A stretch of DNA of 60,992 bases, counting the filler, from Platydemus manokwari (lineage: Eukaryota), in assembly GCA_037951405.1 (NCBI GenBank). It is 6 parts of 6 records of this genome, joined end to end, with 100 filler letters (N's around TTAATTAATTAA, not from the genome) between each part and the next. Parts side by side here need not be neighbours in the genome. Positions count along the whole stretch, not along the records: positions 52,001 to 60,992 come from JBBMOY011317982.1; 5 more parts are not named here. One strand, 5' to 3'. Made by a program: the position numbers and the translations under genes. Shown here in pieces: positions 52,001 through 60,992 of the stretch. Position 1 is the first letter of the stretch. Each line of letters starts with the position of its first letter. The notes beneath the pieces were generated by a model. It had not been told where the DNA came from. It did no database searches and was given only the letters and a program-made list of their open reading frames with translations.

Positions 52001-54719
52001 ATCTGGCAATAATCATCTAAAATATAAATAATTAATTAATAAGTGCTCTGCAAATAGATTAATATTTATTAATCAGCGATACAATAAAGCTGTCATCAAT
52101 TAAGAAAAAGACCTTTTAATCTAATTATCGTGTAATGATTTTCGGTGTATTAATTTCAAAATTTATATATAATGATATCTTTATCATATTTTCAAAATTC
52201 AATTTAAGATGAAATAGCTAAAATTTAAAATAGCTAAAATGTGTCAGAAAAACAACAATCACAATTTAATGTCGATTATATGTTTTAAGTCTAAATGTCT
52301 CGGTTATCCGGATTCGCGAAGCACTTAGAAATAACTCAGGGCTGCAGAGTGCACTCTAATCGATAAAATAGAAGAAAAAATATTATAATTTAAAATTTAA
52401 AAACGAAGCTATATAAAAAATATGTAGAAAAATATTAAAATCCAAGCCTACGAAAGAAAATCAAAAAGCTAAAATGAATAGATTGACAAAACATAAAAAG
52501 TAATAAAAAGATAAATAAATTTTAAAATTTTCATGTAAAAAATTATTTTTTAATTAAAAATTTTGTTTCGCCACAACAAATTATTTTTGTCTAAACAGCC
52601 TCAGGGTCAATAAAAATTTTATTTCAAAATCTATTTTTAGAAACTACATCATTACTAAAAATAGTGTAAATCAATTTAGCAACTTAAGAACTTAAAAGGT
52701 AGGATGCTGCTAAATTTAGGCACGACGTCTTAAGAATCAATAAAATTAATAACACATAGATGGCGCATGCGACCTACAAAATCACTACATAAGCGCAAAG
52801 AAATTCAGTTAATTAGAACTTGTTTTCACTAGCTCAAAATTTTTAGCTGAAGTTTATTATGATATTCTGATTTATTATGGTACTCTGATTTATAGAAGCC
52901 TGATTTATTAAGAAGCATTTGTTTGAAACATTACAGAAACTTATTGTTATATTCTAACCAAGAAGTGTTGTCCGAAGAATTTCAAAAGAAAAATTATTTT
53001 TTAGAACTAACATAAAAATTTCTTTATCAATTATATTTCTGCCAGCATCCAAAATGATAAGTATATTTAATTTCTATTATTATGTACCTACGGCTATTTC
53101 GATAACTGCATAGTGATTAAAAACTCTAAGGTTCTCACTTATTATCTCTCAATTTCTTTTTACTCGCAGGGGAGTCTCTCGACTTAGTTGGGGACAGCTG
53201 ACTCCTTTCGATGAATAATTTGAACTAAAAATTAGATATTTAATTATCTTCGGTATTTATAAAAGTGAATTTAATTGTTTTAACACAATTTATTTTGAAT
53301 TGACTTGGTTTTATTTAATTTATTTTTGATAATATTTTTCTGAAACTCTATAGCTACCTTGACTATTTATATTTTGACAATTATTATTGTTAAATTCGAA
53401 AAATGCCTACGTATTTGAAATGACTAGATTTTTTTGGGAAATAAAATCCCAACCTTCATTATAATCATTACTATATTATTCGTATTCAGCTGTTTTATTG
53501 TGTTCTTTTAACACCAAAATTTCTATTCTGTTATATTTAATTATATAAAACCCAATCAGTACCATGTTGATAACCTAAATTTAGAAGGCGTCTATAAGAC
53601 CTCTAATAAGACTTAAAAGTGCTTGTTCTTTCATCATCAATGAAATATAAACTAATCCTTCATTTGTTAATTTTTATATTTATCTTGCATTGTTTTTCCT
53701 ATTATTGTTAAAACTCGAGTTTGAAATAAAAATTAATTAATGAAATCATCAGATTTTATAGAACAATAAAGTTTTTAAATAATTAGTTTTATTTTTGAGG
53801 TTATTTATCATTTTGTGAATGTAGATTTAGTTGAAGGTTCACATTCCATCATTGCGAATAACAACAAAATAGAATTGTTAAATTAAGTATTCTTCTTATA
53901 TGATTTCTTTAGTTTTTAAATTTCTAATTTTTTAAATTATAAAAAGATTTAGTAAGCTCCAACATTACTACAGATTTTGCAATGCTCTCAATAAATTTAA
54001 AATTTTAATTTAAGAGTATTTTTCTTAACTTTACTAAAATTTTAATCTTGTTTAAATTACCAAGCATGTGATCCATATGTATTTTTAAACTTGTATTAGA
54101 TGTGCATGGCCACAATTGGAATCTATTATGATGGAAACAAAGAGGTTTTAAAGTAATTTCGTATTAAATTATTAATAGATTACTTGCTAAAAGTAATAGC
54201 TATTTTTTATCAATATTCTAAATTTAGTATAACATTTCTATGTATTTTTATTTAACGAAACTAAATTTGTTTCAGTATTTTGTTGTTTTTATATACACTT
54301 AATTATTTCAGGGCTTTTATTAATTTATTTTATTAATTATTTCTATTCATCAGTATCGGATAGTATCTCGAATCTGCTATATCATAATAGCTATTTGTTA
54401 TTGCATTTTATGTTAATCATAGATTATTAAATAGTCTTTGATATAATAGAAATTCCTAATTACAATTATAGTTGCTGATATTTAATGCGAAATTAATTCA
54501 AATGTATTTCCAATCAGATTATTTACTACAAATTATAGAATGCTTTATTAATAATTTACAATTTTGCATTTCTTACTAAATTCACGAAAGAGAGGTCATA
54601 CTTATGAAAAGGAAAGCAACGACAAAGCTATTAATGTAATAGTTATATATAGACAAGATAATAAATAAGACGCGAAATATCCATGCAACCTATCTACACT
54701 AGATTTTTAAAATAAAGAT

Positions 54720-55120
54720 TCCACCCTGCACATCTAAACACAGACAGGTCGGATATTTCACCGATTCTCAGTGACAAGAACATATTAGATAAGTTTGCTG
54801 AGAATGTGTATGTAATTGAGGATATTGAGTTTGAGAATATGTAGTGTCGTCAATTGTGATGAATATTAAATTGTTGATTTGATTTTTGAAAGCAGATATT
54901 GTGGGAATGTTAAGTGCTCTCGCAGAATTTATTGGTTGACTCATGGATGCATTGTAGGACTGTCGCAGTGGAATTAGCACAAGCAGATTGGCCTGAGAAA
55001 AAAGCGGAATATATCGTGAATTGTCAGTAGGTGTATTCGATTAGCGGTCGTGGTAGAAAATGCAGGCAATATAGACTTAGTCAAAGAGTAGTCAGGGCAG
55101 TGGAGTATAGATCTGAATGT
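54720..55120 (-). mobile_element. Possible 3' end of a LINE (CR1/L2-like ORF2 C-terminus)
   Basis: Translation ...ALNIPTISAFKNQINNL resembles the S..SFK..L C-terminal motif of CR1/L2-group ORF2. Locally higher GC. Confidence 0.35.
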
Positions 55121-58100
55121 AAAATATTGTAGTAATAATTAAAACAGTGGAAAATTTTGGACTATGATTTAGAATATTTTAGTATTATTTAGCATCTAAG
55201 TTGGTAGTAAAAAGAGGTTATTTTCTTACAAAGAAATTTATTTTAATTAAGTGGTACAAGTAATTTTATGAGTAATGATGGTATAATTGAGAATGAATGT
55301 GATTGTTTGCATAAATAGGTGACAATTGTACGTTAATATCATTACTAAAAATGAATAAAAATAAATGGTTTTATGTAATAAGAAAAGTAATTAGATTGGT
55401 GGAATATCTGTGAATTAAATAGTTACTGGTCACAGGACCAGAGATAAAAGGAACCGAGTTTTCGAAAAAGTTTGGAAAAATTAAAATTAATGAAAATCAA
55501 AATGTGTTTAAACTAAAAATGAAATTTTTTCACTAAACTTAAACTATATCGAAACAAGAAATATAATATTAAAAACCATGCATGTGATATGATTCTTGAA
55601 ATCTATCAATGGTGTTTAATCATCGCGACTGTTTAGAAAAATCATCGTCGTAGTCTTATTTTTTATTTTACCAGGATTTTTATTGTTTTTCATTTATTGT
55701 TAAAATATTTTAATTAATTTATTTTGTTAAATATATTTGAATAAAAATATTTCGAATTTGTTTAAACTAAAAATCTTGACAAAAGTATACGCATTTTTCA
55801 AATTTTATTTAAAAATCTTTGCACTTAGCTATATACCATTGTTTTTCAAACGAGGAGTTGCGAATAATTTAACAGAATTGTAATTTCCTTAAGACAAAGT
55901 TGAATTTTTTAACATTATAATGTATAATCTTTTCATAGTCTTCTCTTATTTATATTTTTCAAATTGTATATTTCCCTTTCACGTTGTTTTTAATTGATTG
56001 TACCTTCTCGTTGTCTTGTTAAATTATTTTTAGGGAAGGTTTCTATAGAAAAAGTTTATTTATAGATATTTAAATGTGTTTTTGGAAGAAATTTCGGCGA
56101 TTAATAGAATCATACATTTTAAGAATTTGTTAAACAAAGTCGGTTTATGATTCATCTCGCTACTCGATTATTGTAAATACAAACGTGTTCTTTATTTTAG
56201 TAATTACTGTAGCCCATTTATTAAAACAATTTTTACTGAATAATTCATTTTAATATAAATAAAATGTAGTTTTCCTTTGAAGTTATACTCGTGGTAGCAT
56301 CCGCTAATTAATACATAATATATAGGTAGGATAAATGATACTCAAAGATATTGTTAGGTTTACTTATCGATAACATATTTTTTGATCGCCTACAAATTTT
56401 TCTACACAAGCTTTCCTTCCAGTACCAAAATTACTTTGATTAATATCAGAATTATTTTTAAAGCGATTTTCTTATTTTTCTTCTGGGTTTAAACTATTTT
56501 ATGTTGATTGTGAATAATCAATTCTATTTTCCTATTCCCTATAGGATTTATAAAATAATTTTATTTCAATTTGATTATCCATCGCAAATCCGTAAACTTT
56601 ATAAATTTAATTTACAATTTTCGCCTACCTAAATAACATTTTTTTTTATTATTAATTATTTACTTTTTGTTTTTCAGATTTTATTATAAATTGTATAGAT
56701 TTTATATAGGAAATATAATTTAACAGAGACAAATTAAATATCAAATTCAGTATTTTCTACTTTACATCATATCGACTTTACAATATTAAAAATAATTATT
56801 ATCGATGATATTTGTTTAATAATAAAAAACGAATGTTTAGTTTACAAATATCACCATTTAAAAAAATTATAGGATTTCAGCAACTACATCTTTTTGACTT
56901 ATATGTCAAATTTGTTATTTAAAATTTTATCATTTGTTTAATTATATGTCGACTCATTACAATTTTAATAATTCAATATTTCTTATAACATGATTTCGAA
57001 ATTTTAGAGTATCTCTTCATTTTCTTCTAATGTTAATAGGAGTCCTCACTAATTTTCATCAATTTAATCATTTGACTTGCTTCGATCTTTTCAAATAATT
57101 AGTTTCTGTGAAATTTTAAGGTCCTGATTTATTTGATTTTTTGATTTCAGACTACTTAAGCTAAAAATTCGAAATTTTTGCAACGAATTTAATTGAGTGT
57201 TTCTTTGTCATTTTGAAAAGCACCCTTTAAGTTAAAATTTTCTTTTTTTAACTTTAGCCAAAACAAATGACGTAGCTATTAAAAATCATAAAAAATATGT
57301 AAAAATAATTATTATTGAATTCAAATGTGATGCTGATATGGTTCTTATTAAAAGGTCAATAGTTGATGAATGACTTCCACCAATTATCTAACCTTTACCT
57401 GATGGTATTGCCCTATATTTAAATCAATCGATATTGATTATTTATTGATTGCAATATTGAAAATTCAAATTTTTGTGGTGATTGTATGTATGCAGCTGTC
57501 TTGCTCTAAGAAGTTTGAACAACCAGTGGTTGGTATTAATTGCGCCAAGGTTTTGTAAAGTGTTTTATGTTTAAATTTTAGTTATTGTTAGTCAAGTTAT
57601 CAATTATTATTTATTAGCACTAATGACTTCAATTTCTATTGGTCTCAAATATTTCTATTCAATTCCGTTGTTAATTTTTTGTTTATATCGAATAATTTTT
57701 AAATTAATTGTTGAAAGTAAATAAATGTCGTTCATTCTTATTTAGTATGTAGGATAATCAAAATTGGTTATTTATTTGGCTAATTGATTAAATACTGATT
57801 GAGTTTATTTTATATTAATTGATCGAATAATTTATCATTGTTATTTTTATGTGATGTTTTTATTACATTTTTTGTCATCATTATTTAACAGTGATAAATA
57901 ATCAAAAGAAAAAATAATGAATACATAATTGAGCAAAAGATAACAAATAATGTAACTTTTCATATTAGCATATACATGAAAATCGGATCCCTAGGTCCTA
58001 GAAAAATCATTAAATATAAGAACTTGCATTTCTATTGTGTTTTTGGTTTATTATTTTGTTTGCCTTGCATACACTGTGATGCCAAATCGATAGTAATTCT

Positions 58101-60992
58101 TAATTAACTTGAGCTTAAAAATTTTGGCAACAGTGTATATTTAAAAATCAATGTAGAACATAAACAAACAATGCGATTAACAAAGTATATTATGGTAATT
58201 ATATATGAGTCCATCCAATAGTCTTCTTAACCAGTAATGATTTGATGTAGACTGACTTGTTGACCTTTTCTAATTTTTTTATTTTTGTTTTAATTTTACC
58301 ATAAAATTTAAAAATAAAATTTGCTAAATACATGAAAATATAATATTTTAACTTAATTAACTAAGGCGACAGCGTAATTATACAATTTAATTTCCATGGA
58401 AATATTTATTATTCCACCTAACATCACATGTTCTCATGAACTATGATTTACTATAAATTATTTAGCACAGAATCTACTTTCGGATTTTATCACGAGTGAA
58501 AATACAATTATTCTTTATACGACACAAAATACGAGAACTACTTTGTTTAAACTATCATCTTAAATCTGCTAAAACTTCATTGTTTATGATTTTTAAGTTT
58601 TCTTTCTTAAACTAAATATGTGAATAAATTAACACAGGTCTTTTATTATTTGAATAGCTTCTGGAAATGTCAGTTACAAATATATGTTTATATAAATTCT
58701 TGAGTTTCAGACAAAGGGTGTGCTTTGTGCATAATTTATTAATAACTTGGGATTTCCACCTTTATTCCAAAGTTATAATTAATTATTTACAATTTACTGT
58801 ATAAATATATTCAAATCTTTAATTTTTTCAACACTTTATTGAAGAATTTATATTTCATAATTTATTTTAAGTATTTATATATGAAACCTATGTTTATTGT
58901 TTCCAATTTGGTCCGTGTAATTATTGTTCTTGAAATTGTGATAAACCTTTCCCATCTTCATTCTCCGAGGGATGAAAAATTAAAAACGTAATTGATTTTC
59001 CTTAATCATATTATTAGACATGTCGTCAGCCATCTGTTTAATCTTACAGAAGATCACCTAGCAATTTTGATTCCCATCGATATTGAAGGGCTTTTAATCA
59101 TTTTTGTGAAAAATGATATCATTTAATTAAAAGTTCTAAGCAGCTTTTCCCCAGATCTCATGATCTCCTTTGAAAGTGCCTAGTATTGAAGAAAGTGGTG
59201 TAATGTAGTAAAGTAAATACTATCGAATTTTGATTTTATTAATCTTGAAATATCGTTTACAGCTTTTGATAAACTGTTTGATATCGTTCTCGCAAGTATT
59301 TCGATTATTAATGTGCTATCAAGCAATACAGTTAAAAATATTTTTAATACACAATTATTTAAATAAAATTCCTAAATATTAAAAATAATATTCTCAGAGA
59401 GGTTTAAATAATGTCGTACTTGATAAGAATATTTATAAATTTTATAATTTAAATAATATAAATAAAATAATTGTATAAACATGAATGTTATAAATTATTC
59501 TATTTTCAAGATTTCAAAATCTCTCATTTTTAAAATTAATAATAAGGGTTAATTATTATTTTTCATACTAAGATATATTTTGTTAAAAATTTTTTCTGTC
59601 AATATTTTTCAATTTCATGATGCTATAGATTTTTACTGTTTAGTAATCAATAATAAGTTAATTATCATGAACTTATTATTTTTCTTAAATTAAATATAGG
59701 CTTAAATAAACATATATGAATAGCTTCATATGCTTCATTTGAAATCAATTGCTTTGGTCTCCTTTGATTTTATTATTTTTTGTATTTATTTAGATAAATT
59801 TGCAGAATGACAATGTTAAACTTATTCATTTGTGAACGGTGATTGGCCTATGAGCCTCTTGTTTCACTTTTTTGAATAGTAAACAATGAAATTTTTATTT
59901 TGTTTCGAATAAAGCGGATTCTAATTCACTTTTAGTTTAAGGTCTTCAACCGATTCCTGTGCGAGTGCGTTTCTCTAATCCTTTGGAAATTTATACTTTT
60001 ATTATTGAATCGTTATTGTAATCCTTTGGTTTTATTAATCAAGAAAATGACGTCGTTGCTATTGTAATCCGGAATTTGTGTTTTTATAAGTATATTGCTG
60101 TACATATTATATATATATATAATTGTTTAATTTATTCATACGATTTTTGTTGCTTTCTATGTTAATATTTTAGGGTTAATCTAACTGTTCCATGTGTACA
60201 GAATGCATGGGCATTATTTAATGCACTTAATTGCTCGGTTTTCATTTTCTGATTGTTAGAATTTTAAATTGAAATTAATTTTTAAATATTTAATTTTATA
60301 TAATTGTATTTAAATACATAATTTGGTGTTGTGAGTTTTTAGTTCGTTTTCGATGTGCGTTTTATAAAATAGTAGCGGCTTAGAGTCAATACATAATTAA
60401 TATAGCTTAATTAAATATATGTTCTTTGTGTATTTGTAGATATGGATTTCTTGTTTAATATTTTAATTAATTCGATTGGTATTAATCTTATTATTCAGAG
60501 TAGTAATGGTACGTATGTAACCGATCGTTACGGATGAACTACTAAAATGTGATCAGTGCTTTTAAGTAAGTGGTGTAGGTTACGACAACATTATGATTAC
60601 AAGGCTAGTAATGAATTCGGGAATGTATAAAAAGAAAATGCATGGATCTTTTGTGTGGATTAAGTAAAAGTTCGCTAGTGCTTGATAGAAGTCTTGATAT
60701 CTAGGCGGCGTCGGATGAAGAGATTTCTTTTTTATCGAACCTGGATGGAAAGAGATTTGGAGCTGTTGGTAGTGCTAGATCAAGCGATTCAGAGAAAGAT
60801 CAAGCAACTGATTACCACAACAGCTACTTTCTATTCTTTCCAATATCTTTTCTTCTATATATATAATTAATTGAAATTGTACTTTTTTTTAATCAACTCT
60901 TCCTAAAAATATACTTTAATACCAGGTTGAGTCAAAAGTTATTCATGTTTTTATGCAGGTATTTTATTAACACAAATTGTTATAACGCTGAA

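Noticed and set aside
53168-53207. Small GC-rich hairpin (GGAGTC...GACTCC)
   Set aside because: No CTRR end as expected for a Helitron 3' terminus and no ncRNA hallmarks.
33858-60870. Short F/I/L/Y-rich ORFs in the ORF track (e.g. 33858, 36875, 39735, 50706, 60682)
   Set aside because: Composition expected from AT-rich or repetitive DNA; several start at non-ATG codons; no homology or splice support.

Overview
Very AT-rich eukaryotic (animal) scaffold segment made of six contigs joined by five artificial 100-bp spacers (N44-TTAATTAATTAA-N44). The 40-67 nt GT-AG introns and the gene and transposon content fit a flatworm such as a planarian, but this is inference only. By manual splicing I can support three intron-containing genes. 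(1) An NME8/NME9 (TXNDC3/6)-like thioredoxin-domain gene on the - strand (4176 to 412), missed entirely by the ORF track, whose active site reads WNGPC instead of WCGPC. (2) CEP120 on the - strand (8927 to 4774), whose 5' exons are not visible and probably lie in a gap; it stops about 600 bp before the NME8-like ATG. (3) An EGFR/ErbB-family receptor tyrosine kinase on the + strand (22856 to about 33301); its signal peptide and L1 domain are not visible. It has an intact kinase, but a shortened dimerization arm, no activation-loop Tyr, and a short tail with repeated R/K-Q-x-S motifs. The rest is transposon remnants (pogo/Tc2, Buster-type hAT, MITEs, LINE and possible Gypsy fragments), two dispersed AT-rich repeat families, microsatellites, and a ~27 kb stretch (33.5-61 kb) with no recognisable host gene. 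All homology calls come from remembered family motifs; no searches were run.
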